Assembly: GCA_965201075.1 (NCBI GenBank)
Contig: CBDAVP010000014.1
Span: forward strand, 186,001 to 250,000
Source: Isosphaeraceae bacterium
GTDB taxonomy: Bacteria; Planctomycetota; Planctomycetia; Isosphaerales; Isosphaeraceae
Reading direction: 5' to 3'
DNA: 64,000 nt
The notes beneath the pieces were generated by a model. The model was given only the letters and a program-made list of their open reading frames with translations. It had not been told where the DNA came from and made no database searches. This document shows, one piece after another, positions 54,397-63,715 of the stretch. Each line of letters begins with the position of its first letter. Position 1 is the stretch's first letter. Both the position numbers and the translations under genes were made by a program.

Positions 54397-54837
54397 TCTA
54401 TAAAATAAATTATTTAATCGAGTCCCCGGGCCTACTATGGCGTTTCTTGACGATAGCCGAGTAAACTGCTTTTGTTCCCTTTAATAAAATGTAACAAAAT
54501 TCCTAAAAATGCAACTTTCAGTTAAAAAAAATGTTCGGGGCCGTTAAAGTCGCCTCAAGGTTCCTATTGTTTCAATAAACTGAATCCCAGGTTTTGCAAC
54601 CGGTCCTGATATTGGGAGTCCGCAGACGGGATAAGGGGGTTGTCCTACTTTCCACTCCCCAATCGACCCATTCTCCCTAGTTCGAAGTCCGCTATGCAAC
54701 GTCAGAACCTGAACTCCTTCCGGAAAATCTCCGTCCCCGTCCGATCCCCTCGTCGCTATAATGGACACTTGGACCGAAGAAGGGTGTTGACCGTCGGGCC
54801 ACGGGCCGGCGGCCTCGCGAGCGGGGGGTGATCGACG

Positions 54838-55563
54838 ATGCACACCGATGGCGTGACTGGGGCCGACTGGGAGGGCGAGCGGACCTCCATCGGCCGCCAT
54901 TTTCTTCGAGACATGGAAGGGCTCTGGACCGACGTTCTCCAGATGGCGGGCGTCGTCGAATCGGCCCTGAACACCAGTCTTCGCGCTCTTAGGGAGGGCC
55001 GCCCCGAGTTGGCCGCAGAGGTCAAGGGGGAGGAAAAGGCCATCGACGCCTGGGAAGTTCGCATCGAGCGCCAGTGCGTCAAGGTTCTGGCCCTGCACCA
55101 GCCGGTCGCCTCCGACCTCCGCCGGGTCGCCGCGATGCTCCGGATCAACGGCGACCTCGAACGGATTGCCGACCTCGCCAGTCACATCGCCGGGCGGGCC
55201 CGCAAGCTCGCCCGTTCGGGAGAGTCCAACATCCTCCCCCCCGAGCTCGACGACCTCGCCGCCCTCGTGCAAGAGCGCGTCCGCGACGGCCTCGACGCCC
55301 TGACCAAGTCCGACGTCCACCTCGCCCGCACCCTGATCGCCTCGGACAAGGAAGTCGACCACGCCCGCCGAGCCGTCCTCCGCCAGCTCAAGCACGCCAT
55401 CCGCCGAGACCCCGAGCGCGTCAACACCTGGCTCCGCCTGATTAACACCGCCCGCAACCTCGAACGGATCGCCGACCACGCCGCCTCCATCGCCGAGGCC
55501 GTCATCTACATGCGCGAAGGCGACATCGTCCGTCACACCGCCCCCAAGGCCCCCAAATTCTGA
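54838..55563 (+). CDS. phoU: phosphate signalling complex protein PhoU
   Basis: LALHQPVASDLR, DLERIADLA, NLERIADHAASIAE. Confidence 0.95.
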   Translation: MHTDGVTGADWEGERTSIGRHFLRDMEGLWTDVLQMAGVVESALNTSLRALREGRPELAAEVKGEEKAIDAWEVRIERQCVKVLALHQPVASDLRRVAAMLRINGDLERIADLASHIAGRARKLARSGESNILPPELDDLAALVQERVRDGLDALTKSDVHLARTLIASDKEVDHARRAVLRQLKHAIRRDPERVNTWLRLINTARNLERIADHAASIAEAVIYMREGDIVRHTAPKAPKF

Positions 55564-55727
55564 AGGCGCGATCGCTGCCCCACCAGGCCCGTGATCAAGT
55601 CGGACCCCAGCCCATCCGATAATCGGAACAGTCCCACCCCTTCACCACGTCCAGCCCTCGGCCTCGTGGCCTCGGGGGTCGGCGCGGGTCGAGCGAGCCG
55701 GAGGCGGGATCGCTCCAGGGAGCTAGG

Positions 55728-57053
55728 ATGGTCCGACTTCTAGGCATCGCGGCTCGAACTGCGTCCCTGGTCGCCTGGATCACGGTCCTGGGCGCCGCCG
55801 TCGCCTGGGCTCAGGACCCTTCCGCCGGCCCGTCTCGGTCCGCGCCCCCCGCCGCGGTCGTGCCGACGGTCCCGCCCACCGAAACCGCCCCCCCGGCCGT
55901 TCTGGTCCCACCGGCAACTGTCACGACCCCCGACGACGCCACCCCGATCCCACCCGGTTCGGTGGGCGTTCCCCCCGAAAGCACCGAGCCAGCAGTCGTC
56001 CCACCAACGACCCCGATCCCGCCCGGCTCGGTGGTCGTCCCCGCACCCACGCCACCGCTCCCCGAAGCCTCAACGCCATCGCCCTCCCCACCACCATCGC
56101 CGACAACGGTTAGCACTCCCGTCCCCGCTGAACCCTTCACCCTCGACGAGCCCGAACCCGAACCCATCAAGGTCGTCTCCAACCCATTTCGGGCCGCCCT
56201 CCAGTCGATTTTCGGACGGACCGACCCCGCCCCCTGGCACCCCTTACCGCTCGGCACTCTGTTCAACGAAGGCTGGGACGAACCCTGGATCGGGCCGCCC
56301 AACGGCGCCCGGGGCGGCCCTCGACAGGGCTGGATCGACTCGGCCGACGGCAACTTTTACCGACTGTGGTTCTTCTCCTACACCTACACCAACACTATCG
56401 CCGGGGGAGGCAATGGGCACCTCGGCAGCTTCACCCATTACCAACCTCTGAGCCGACGTCTCAGCCTCATCACCGAGATCCCCTTCGTTACCGCCAACAT
56501 AGGCACCCTCGCCGTCGGCAAGCAGGTCTTCCCGAATCCCAGCACCTCCCCGGCCCACGCCAACGCCGTCGGCTTCGGCGACCTCGCCTTCACCCCCCGG
56601 GTCATGCTCCACGAAACCGACAACGTCTCGCTGGTCTCGCAACTCACCGTCCAGGTCCCCACCGGCTACCGGCCCTCAGCCAACGGCCTGGCGGTCGTCA
56701 CCCCCGGTATCCAGTTCTGGGCCAACGTCGCACCCAGGTGGGTCGTGCGTGGCGGATTCAATGTCGCCATCGGCACCAACCCCCAGGCCGGCGGCACGAC
56801 GCTGGTTTCCCAACTCGCCGCGGGCCGCACCTTCACCCCGCACGACGTTCCCCTCTTCGGCGACTTCACCACCTATCTGGCCACCAACACCTTCAATAAT
56901 CTGGAGACCGGTCGCACCACCTTCGAACTCACTCCCGGATTCCGAACCCACCTGGGCGATAGCTATTACTGCCTCGCCGGGATCAACGTCCCCGTCACGG
57001 GCCCCCGACCCTATGCCGAATCCGCAATCTTCTGGATCATGAAAGTCTACTGA
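55728..57053 (+). CDS. exported protein: Pro-rich linker plus putative outer-membrane beta-barrel
   Basis: Signal peptide, GFGDL motif, alternating beta-strands, terminal aromatic residue. Confidence 0.65.
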   Translation: MVRLLGIAARTASLVAWITVLGAAVAWAQDPSAGPSRSAPPAAVVPTVPPTETAPPAVLVPPATVTTPDDATPIPPGSVGVPPESTEPAVVPPTTPIPPGSVVVPAPTPPLPEASTPSPSPPPSPTTVSTPVPAEPFTLDEPEPEPIKVVSNPFRAALQSIFGRTDPAPWHPLPLGTLFNEGWDEPWIGPPNGARGGPRQGWIDSADGNFYRLWFFSYTYTNTIAGGGNGHLGSFTHYQPLSRRLSLITEIPFVTANIGTLAVGKQVFPNPSTSPAHANAVGFGDLAFTPRVMLHETDNVSLVSQLTVQVPTGYRPSANGLAVVTPGIQFWANVAPRWVVRGGFNVAIGTNPQAGGTTLVSQLAAGRTFTPHDVPLFGDFTTYLATNTFNNLETGRTTFELTPGFRTHLGDSYYCLAGINVPVTGPRPYAESAIFWIMKVY

Positions 57054-57988
57054 GACGTGTCCATCCCCCCCAGCAACGCCAGGTGGACCGCCCGTCGGTC
57101 GAACGGCCGGAACCCCGCCCTCCGATATAAGCGCAAGGCCGGAGCATTGCGGGCGTCGACGGCCAGTTCCAGGACCGGCACCCTCGGCCTCGCCTGTTCC
57201 AGCGCGAACGCCAGAGCCGCTCGCCCCAGCCCCCGGCCTTGCATCCGAAGCGACACGCCCAGGTAAGTCACCTCCCAGGCTGTCCCGTCCGCCTGGTCCG
57301 CCACGATCACCAAGACCACGGGCAGCCCGCCAAGCCCCGCTCGCCCGATCCACCAGCGATCCGGGTCGAACCGGCCCGAGGCTCGATGGCCGGCGATCAC
57401 CTCCGCTAGCGACCGCAACCCGTCCAATTCCGGCATGTCGAGGCTCCCCTCGTAGCTGGCCTCCAGCACCTCGACGAAGGCGTCGGCCCGGTCGTCCCGA
57501 TACGACTCCCAAACCAGCAAGGGAAGATTCGGCGGAATGGGCAGGGGGGGCAAGGTTGGGCGACGCAGGTAGATCAGGTCGGTGACGTAGGGGATGCCGC
57601 CGCGAGCCAGATCCCCGGAGGCTCGGGCGGCCGAAACTTCCAAAAGGGCCTGGACGACCCCGACGCCCCGCCCTCGGAATGCCTCTAGGCCGGCGCGAAT
57701 CAGGGCATCGGCGACCTCGGCGCGGCTTCGTCCGGGGATGACCTCCGGGGGCCAGATCGCCCCGGCGCGTCCGGCCAGGGCCGTCGTCAGCAGGGCGCCA
57801 ACAATCCGTCCCTGCTGGCGAGCGATCCAAAGTCCGCCCAGGTCGAGGGCGCCCCGGGCCTCGTCGGCCAGCAAACCCGCCACCAACGCGGCTCGACGTG
57901 GGGGGGCGGCCTTCTGATAAAACCGGGCCAGCGCCTCGGCCCGATCCGCTTCGGGGCAGGGGACGATTTCCGGGCTCGCCGTCGCCAT
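57047..57988 (-). CDS. tandem GNAT acetyltransferase
   Basis: YLGV...QGRGLGRAAL, VDARNAPALRLYRRAGF. Confidence 0.88.
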   Translation of the reverse strand: MATASPEIVPCPEADRAEALARFYQKAAPPRRAALVAGLLADEARGALDLGGLWIARQQGRIVGALLTTALAGRAGAIWPPEVIPGRSRAEVADALIRAGLEAFRGRGVGVVQALLEVSAARASGDLARGGIPYVTDLIYLRRPTLPPLPIPPNLPLLVWESYRDDRADAFVEVLEASYEGSLDMPELDGLRSLAEVIAGHRASGRFDPDRWWIGRAGLGGLPVVLVIVADQADGTAWEVTYLGVSLRMQGRGLGRAALAFALEQARPRVPVLELAVDARNAPALRLYRRAGFRPFDRRAVHLALLGGMDTSQ

Positions 57989-58086
57989 CCAGGCCCCCGC
58001 AATCGGTCCGGCATGCACGCTCGGGAAATTTCCCAACGCCCAGGCTCAATCCGCCGTATCATACTCCGGCTTGGGGAGATTCGACG

Positions 58087-58758
58087 ATGCAGGAGGCGCC
58101 CGAAGTGCTCAGGCAAGACCGGGACAGGCCGTCCGAAGTCCAGTTTGCCCCACCGGCCGCCCTTCGCGTCGAGGAGGCCGGCGACGCCGGACTGGTCGAG
58201 CGCGCCCGCGGTGGCGACGACCAGGCCTTCGCCGCCTTGGTCGCCCGCTACGAGGCCAAGCTCATCCGCGTCCTGGCCCGCCTGGTCCACGACGAGGAGC
58301 TCGCCCGCGACCTGGCCCAGGAGACCTTCTGGAAGGTTTACAACCGCCTCGACCGCTTCGACACGGCCCGGCGCTTCGGCCCCTGGCTGTTCCGAATCGG
58401 GGTGAATCTCGGTCTGGACCACCTCCGCCGGCCCGACGCGGCTCCGCCCGCCTCGATCGACCGGCCCCGGGGCGACGACGACCGACCCTTCGATCCGCCC
58501 GACCCCGACCCCCGGCTCCGCGCCGAGTTGGCTCAGGAAGTCCGGTTCGTTTTGGAGCGGCTTCCCTTGCCCTATCGGACGATTCTGGTATTACGCGACC
58601 TCGAAGGGTTCTCCTCCGCGGAGGTCGCCGCGATCGTCGGCCGCCGCGAGGCGACGATCCGCTGGCGACTGGCCAAGGCCCGGGACCAGTTCCGCACCAT
58701 CTGGGAACGCCGGCAAGAACTTACGACGACGCGGGAGGGCCATCGCCATGTGGGCTGA
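58087..58758 (+). CDS. ECF RNA polymerase sigma factor
   Basis: DLAQETFWKVY, FGPWLFRIGVN, LRDLEGFSSAEVA, IRWRLAKAR. Confidence 0.93.
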   Translation: MQEAPEVLRQDRDRPSEVQFAPPAALRVEEAGDAGLVERARGGDDQAFAALVARYEAKLIRVLARLVHDEELARDLAQETFWKVYNRLDRFDTARRFGPWLFRIGVNLGLDHLRRPDAAPPASIDRPRGDDDRPFDPPDPDPRLRAELAQEVRFVLERLPLPYRTILVLRDLEGFSSAEVAAIVGRREATIRWRLAKARDQFRTIWERRQELTTTREGHRHVG

Positions 58759-59365
58759 TTCATCGTGCCGCTGGACTCGCAATCGCCTCCCCTTGATGGC
58801 TGGCGAAGACCTGGTTGGTCTGGACCGCCGGCGGACCCAACGCCACCTCATCACCTGCGCCGCCTGCCGCCAGCGCCTGGATAACCTGCGAACCTCGCTG
58901 GACGTCCTGCACACTGTCGCGGCCGAGGCCCCCTCGAAGGTGGGAGCCCCCTCGCTTTGGCCGGAGGTCGCCCGCCAGATCCGCGAGCAGCGCCATCCCG
59001 CCGCCTCGGCATCCTGGGGGGTCTCCTGGTCCAACGCCGGGTTCTGGTCGGGAGCAGCGCTCGCCGCCGGCCTGGTTGTGGTAGTCGGGACCCTGTTCCG
59101 CCCCGCCGGTCACCAGGTTGCCCGGGTCGAGCCAACCCCGCCCCCCTCCCCGGCGGCCCTGGCCTCGGCCCCACCCCGGCCGACCCTCGCTCCGCCGGCC
59201 GACCCTGCGGGACCCGGGGCCTTGTGGACCTCCCCAACCGACGCCCTGGCCTTCGCCCAGGAGCCCCCGAAAAAGACGCACGAGCCCGACCAGCCTCCCC
59301 AACGAGGCGACGAGTCGACCGATCGTCCCCGAGACGGCGCCCCCGAAGTCCAGCCCACTCGCTGA
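58748..59365 (+). CDS. zf-HC2 (ZAS) anti-sigma factor
   Basis: HLITCAAC followed by a TM segment; overlaps the sigma gene stop. Confidence 0.88.
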   Translation: MWADSSCRWTRNRLPLMAGEDLVGLDRRRTQRHLITCAACRQRLDNLRTSLDVLHTVAAEAPSKVGAPSLWPEVARQIREQRHPAASASWGVSWSNAGFWSGAALAAGLVVVVGTLFRPAGHQVARVEPTPPPSPAALASAPPRPTLAPPADPAGPGALWTSPTDALAFAQEPPKKTHEPDQPPQRGDESTDRPRDGAPEVQPTR

Positions 59366-59366
59366 G

Positions 59367-60056
59367 TTAAGCGGAACCGCCTGATTTCGCGACCCGCGCC
59401 GGAACGCCGATGTCGATGACCTTCACTTCGCCCACGTAATCCGCCGCCGCCTCCGCCGCCAAAAACCCCAGCTTCGGCGCCGCGAACGTCGCCGTGGCCC
59501 GGGCCCGCACCGCCAGGCCCAGCGGTTGGCCAAAGTCCGCATCAAGCCCCGACGGCAAGTCCAGCGCAAGCACTGGCCGGCCCGACCGGTTGATCGCCTC
59601 GATTGTCCCGCGCATCAGGCCCTCAACCGGCCGATCCAACCCCGTCCCCAGCAGGGCATCGACCACCCAGCCCGCCGAAGCAAGCTCCTCTGAAAACCCC
59701 GCCAGTTGGTCGGGTTCGGTCACCAGGGTTTGCGAAATCCCCAAACCAGATAAGGCCCGACGCTGGACCGAGGCATCGCCCGACTCGGGCCAACGGCCGA
59801 ACCAAACCACGCGGACCGATACGCCCCAAAGATGCAGATGACGGGCAACGACCCCGCCATCGCCTCCATTGTTGCCTAGCCCACAGGCGACCACGACCGG
59901 CCCAACCTCCGCTCGGGATAACTCCCGAAGCCACTCCGCCGCCCCCCGTCCGGCATTCTCCATCAACACCAACGTCGGCAACCCTAGGACCTCCGCCGCC
60001 CAGCGGTCGATGGCGCGGGCTTCCTCGCGAGACAATGCATCGGTCTTCGCCATCAT
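59367..60056 (-). CDS. nnrE: NAD(P)H-hydrate epimerase (YjeF N-domain)
   Basis: LMENAG, CGLGNNGGDG, VDALLGTG, LDLPSG, DIGVP. Confidence 0.93.
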   Translation of the reverse strand: MMAKTDALSREEARAIDRWAAEVLGLPTLVLMENAGRGAAEWLRELSRAEVGPVVVACGLGNNGGDGGVVARHLHLWGVSVRVVWFGRWPESGDASVQRRALSGLGISQTLVTEPDQLAGFSEELASAGWVVDALLGTGLDRPVEGLMRGTIEAINRSGRPVLALDLPSGLDADFGQPLGLAVRARATATFAAPKLGFLAAEAAADYVGEVKVIDIGVPARVAKSGGSA

Positions 60057-60077
60057 CTCAACCTCCACGTCACCAGA

Positions 60078-60470
60078 TCAGGCGCCCTTGGATTCGGTCA
60101 GATGGGCACGGAGCCACGAGACGAACGATTCCCTCGCCAACTGGCCCGCCGCCAGGTCGAGGACCACCCGCTCCTGTGACTCGACATCCGCGACGATCTC
60201 ATGCCCGTTGAGCACCAGCAACGTTTCCATCGCCGCGTGGCCGATCCTTTTGTTACCGTCGACGAACGGGTGATTCTTGACCAGCGAGAATCCCAGGGCG
60301 GCGGCCTTCTCCACGAGGGATGCGTACAGGTCGTCCCCGCCGAAGGTCATGCGTGGCTGGGCCACGGCGGAATCCAGGGCGTTCGGCTCGCGAACCCCGG
60401 AGCCGCCCCCGGATTGTGCGAGGACCAACCGATGCAGCTCCAGAACCTCGTCCACGGTGAGGTATCGCAT
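60078..60470 (-). CDS. doc: Doc/Fic-family toxin
   Basis: HPFVDGNKRIG. Confidence 0.93.
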   Translation of the reverse strand: MRYLTVDEVLELHRLVLAQSGGGSGVREPNALDSAVAQPRMTFGGDDLYASLVEKAAALGFSLVKNHPFVDGNKRIGHAAMETLLVLNGHEIVADVESQERVVLDLAAGQLARESFVSWLRAHLTESKGA

Positions 60471-60474
60471 CGAA

Positions 60475-60672
60475 CTACGACAGCCGCCGATAAAGTTCCT
60501 GATTCTTCCGAAGGACGTGCGCCGCGGCTTCCGCAAAATCCTGGCCGGGTCGGGTCAGCCACCTTTCGACGCCTTCCCGCAGCAACTCCTCCGGAGGGAC
60601 CCCAGCCTCGCTCGCGAGTTCTCGGAGTCGACGAGCCGTCTCCTCGGGGAGGGACAGGGTGAATACTTCCAT
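60475..60672 (-). CDS. RHH antitoxin of Doc
   Basis: FTLSLPEETARRLRELA...KNQELYRRLS immediately upstream of doc. Confidence 0.85.
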   Translation of the reverse strand: MEVFTLSLPEETARRLRELASEAGVPPEELLREGVERWLTRPGQDFAEAAAHVLRKNQELYRRLS

Positions 60673-60851
60673 CGCTTTGACGGTCTCCGGCTCCGCGGGA
60701 CGCCATCCCTCGTCGACGCCTGATATCGATAATAACCCGGCACAAGGCCGACGCCGAGGGCCGGCTCCGGGGCTCCTCGCTTGTAGTTGTCGGCCCACGC
60801 GCGACGGTTGTACAATCTCCAGGAAATCCGAGGCACCGCCGGGGACCCGCC

Positions 60852-61106
60852 ATGCCACTTTACGAATACCGCTGCGGCCCGTGCGACCAGACCTTTGAGA
60901 CCCTGGTCCGCGGCCAGGGGGACGTGCCGCACTGCCCGGAGTGCCACGGGGTCGACCTGACGAAGCTGTTCAGCGTGCCGGGGGCGCCACAGGTCGCCGG
61001 TGGGCGTGGGGCGTCGGCCTTGCCCGTTTGCCAGGACATGGGCGGCTCCCCCTCGTTCGGCTGCGGGGCAGGGGGGTGCGGGTCGGGGATGTGCGGGTTG
61101 GACTGA
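60852..61106 (+). CDS. FmdB-family zinc ribbon protein
   Basis: MPLYEYRCGPC...CPECHG...KLFS. Confidence 0.9.
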   Translation: MPLYEYRCGPCDQTFETLVRGQGDVPHCPECHGVDLTKLFSVPGAPQVAGGRGASALPVCQDMGGSPSFGCGAGGCGSGMCGLD

Positions 61107-61187
61107 CGGGGGCGCCTCGACGCAAGTCGGCGCCCGCAGGCGCCTTGCCACCGCACCCCAAATCCCGCCACGGCGCCGACTTGGCCT

Positions 61188-61218
61188 TTGACAAGCCATC
61201 AAACAGGGCGCATATCCT
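61188..61218 (+). promoter_or_regulatory. sigma70-like promoter of dnaA
   Basis: TTGACA-17 nt-CATATCCT. Confidence 0.4.
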
Positions 61219-61304
61219 CCTGGCCGGCGGCGCATCGAGGCGCCCCCGGACGGGTCGGTCGGGCTCGCCTGCGCCGCGCGGGGCGCAAAGGGAAGGGGGC
61301 CGCG

Positions 61305-62750
61305 ATGGCGACAGTAGCGGCAACGATTGGGGCAACGCTGGAACATGAACTCCGCGAGGCCGTGGCCCAGCAGGTCGGGCCGGCGAAGTTCGGCCTCTGG
61401 TTCGGCGAGGGCGTCCGCCTGGGCGTCGACGGCGACTCCCTGCAAGTCGGCGTCCCCAACGCTTTCTTCCGGGACTGGATCCGCGGCCACTTCGCCGGGG
61501 ACCTCGCCCACGCCGCCGAGGCCGTCGCCGGACGGTCGTTACGCGTGGCCTACCGCATCGACGACGAGGCGGCACCCCGGGTCGGCGAGGTGATCGGCCC
61601 CGTCGAACCCGGTTCCGGTCGCCCCAAAGCGCCGACCGTGCCAATCCCCCAGGCCCCCCCGACGCCTTCGCCCACGCCGCCCGACCCGACCCGCACCCTC
61701 AACCACTTGACGCCCCGGCCGATCAAGAGGCTCGAAACCTTCGTCGTCGGACCCGGCAACCGCCTGGCCCACGCCGCGGCCATCGAGGTCGCCTCCCGTC
61801 GAGGCGCGGGGTTCAACCCCCTGGTCCTCCACGGCGCCGTCGGGCTGGGCAAGACCCACCTGCTCGAAGGGATCGCCCAGGCCCTGCGCGCCCATCATCC
61901 CGGCATTCACGTCGTCCTGATCACCGCCGAGGCGTTCACCAACGGCTTCCTGGAGGCGATGCGCACCGGGACCCTGCCGGCGTTCCGGGCCCGTTACCGC
62001 AAGGTCGACGCCCTGCTGGTCGACGACATCCACTTCCTGGCGGCCAAACGGGCGACTCAGGACGAGTTCCTCCACACCTTCAACGCCCTGGTGGCCGCCG
62101 GCGCGCCGATCGTCCTGGCCTGCGACCACCACCCCCGTCGCGTCGCCAAGCTCAGCGACGAACTCTCCACCCGGTTCCTCGGCGGGATGGTCGTCAAGGT
62201 CGAGCCCCCCGACGCCGCCACCCGCAAGGCGATCCTCCTCGCCAAGGCCGAGGCCCGAGGCGTCGACATCCCTGAGGCGGTCCTGGCCTACGTCGCCGAA
62301 CACCTGCGAGGCAGCGTCCGAGAACTGGAAGGGGCCCTGCACAGCCTGGTCGCCCACGCCCTGCTCGTCGGCCGTCGGCTCGACCTGGCCACCGCCAAAC
62401 TCGCCCTTCGCGACACGATCCGCCACACCGCCCAGGCCGTCGGCCTGCGAGACGTCGAACACGCCGTCTGCGAAGCCTTCCATCTCGACCCCGAGGTCCT
62501 CAAATCCGACGGCCGCGCCCGAGCCGTGGCCTACCCCCGTATGATGGCCATGTACCTGGCCCGCAAACACGCCGGGGCCGCCTACAGCGAGATCGGCCGC
62601 TACTTTGGCGGTCGCAACCACTCCACCGTCATCGCCGCCGAGAAGAAGGTCGCCGCCTGGCTCCAGGACCAGGGGCGCAACCCCCTGCTCGCCGGATTCG
62701 AGACCGCCGCCGACTGCCTCGCCGCCCTCGAATCGGCCATCGGAGCCTGA
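61305..62750 (+). CDS. dnaA: chromosomal replication initiator DnaA
   Basis: FGLWF/PNAFFRDWI (domain I), FNPLVLHGAVGLGKTHL, VDDIHFL, QDEFLHTFN, VRELEGAL, EIGRYFGGRNHSTV. Confidence 0.96.
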   Translation: MATVAATIGATLEHELREAVAQQVGPAKFGLWFGEGVRLGVDGDSLQVGVPNAFFRDWIRGHFAGDLAHAAEAVAGRSLRVAYRIDDEAAPRVGEVIGPVEPGSGRPKAPTVPIPQAPPTPSPTPPDPTRTLNHLTPRPIKRLETFVVGPGNRLAHAAAIEVASRRGAGFNPLVLHGAVGLGKTHLLEGIAQALRAHHPGIHVVLITAEAFTNGFLEAMRTGTLPAFRARYRKVDALLVDDIHFLAAKRATQDEFLHTFNALVAAGAPIVLACDHHPRRVAKLSDELSTRFLGGMVVKVEPPDAATRKAILLAKAEARGVDIPEAVLAYVAEHLRGSVRELEGALHSLVAHALLVGRRLDLATAKLALRDTIRHTAQAVGLRDVEHAVCEAFHLDPEVLKSDGRARAVAYPRMMAMYLARKHAGAAYSEIGRYFGGRNHSTVIAAEKKVAAWLQDQGRNPLLAGFETAADCLAALESAIGA

Positions 62751-62826
62751 CTGACACTTGTCAGACTAGGCGAGGCGGGGTTAGTCTGAAAGGGGACGAT
62801 CCCCCCTTTTGGAGAGGCCGCCTGTC

Positions 62827-63444
62827 ATGCATTACCTCTCGGAAAATCCCTGGCCGCTGGCCGGATCGCTGGGGTTGCTGGCGGTGGGGTTCCTGATGAT
62901 GTTGAAGGTGACGCAGCAAGGGAAGTACCTGGTCCGCGCGGGGATCGCCGGAGGATTGGCGTTGCTGGTGCTGGGGATCGAGTTCGCCTGGGTCACCGAC
63001 GCCGAGCGGATCGAACGGGTCCTCGCCGAGATCGCCGCGTCGCTGAGGGCCTCCGATGCCGAGGGGGTGGTGCGTCACCTGGCCCCCGACGTCGAGGTGG
63101 AGCAGGGGGACGAGGACCTGGGACGGCTCGACCCGGGCCTGATCCGCCAGATCCTGCCGCACATCGAGTTCCAGCATTTGTACATTGACCGATTGGATGC
63201 CCAGGCGGGTCAGTCCACCCGCCGAGGCCGAGCGACCTTCCGCGCCTCGGCGGCCGGCACCGACGCGGCGGGGTTGGCGCACCAGGGATTCGCCGGGGTC
63301 ACGGCCTGGGACCTCGGGTTTCAAGAGGTATCCCCTGGCGACTGGAAGGTCACCAGGATCACACCCACCCGGCTCGACCCCCGCGTCGCCGTCGTGCTGC
63401 GGACCGTGGTCATGGCCAGCCAGGTCATGGGGCGGGGACGATAA
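62827..63444 (+). CDS. membrane-anchored protein with possible NTF2/SnoaL-like domain
   Basis: Two TM segments, WVTDAERIE, C-terminal WKVTRI. Confidence 0.65.
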   Translation: MHYLSENPWPLAGSLGLLAVGFLMMLKVTQQGKYLVRAGIAGGLALLVLGIEFAWVTDAERIERVLAEIAASLRASDAEGVVRHLAPDVEVEQGDEDLGRLDPGLIRQILPHIEFQHLYIDRLDAQAGQSTRRGRATFRASAAGTDAAGLAHQGFAGVTAWDLGFQEVSPGDWKVTRITPTRLDPRVAVVLRTVVMASQVMGRGR

Positions 63445-63467
63445 AGGCTCCCGTCTTTCGAGGTTGA

Positions 63468-63550
63468 GGCAAAAGGAGACTGGCTCTCGCGACCAACTCG
63501 ATCGGCCGAATCGCCAGCATTTCGCCGCGAGTGCCTGTCCCCCTTTTGCC
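63468..63550. repeat. REP-like inverted repeat pair
   Basis: GGCAAAAGGAGACTGGCTCTCGCG ... CGCGAGTGCCTGTCCCCCTTTTGCC. Confidence 0.65.
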
Positions 63551-63659
63551 GGGCTCGGCCGGGACAGGGGCCTTCCGAGCCCGAAAACCAGCGTGTCGTC
63601 CCGCGTTCGGCGACTTTTGAAAAGCCCCGATCGAGGGCGGTAACCCCTTGCATCTATCG

Positions 63660-63687
63660 TCTACTTCGGTAAATTTACAAGAGTAAA
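63660..63687. promoter_or_regulatory. tandem BlaI/CopY-type operator palindromes
   Basis: tCTACttcgGTAAa followed by TTTACaagaGTAAA, 28 nt before the start codon. Confidence 0.55.
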
Positions 63688-63715
63688 CAACGAGCTTGTC
63701 CCGGAGGCGATAGAG

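Noticed and set aside
54480..54540. Pho box upstream of phoU (TGTAACAAAAT)
   Set aside because: Only one half-site, in AT-rich island DNA ~340 nt from the start
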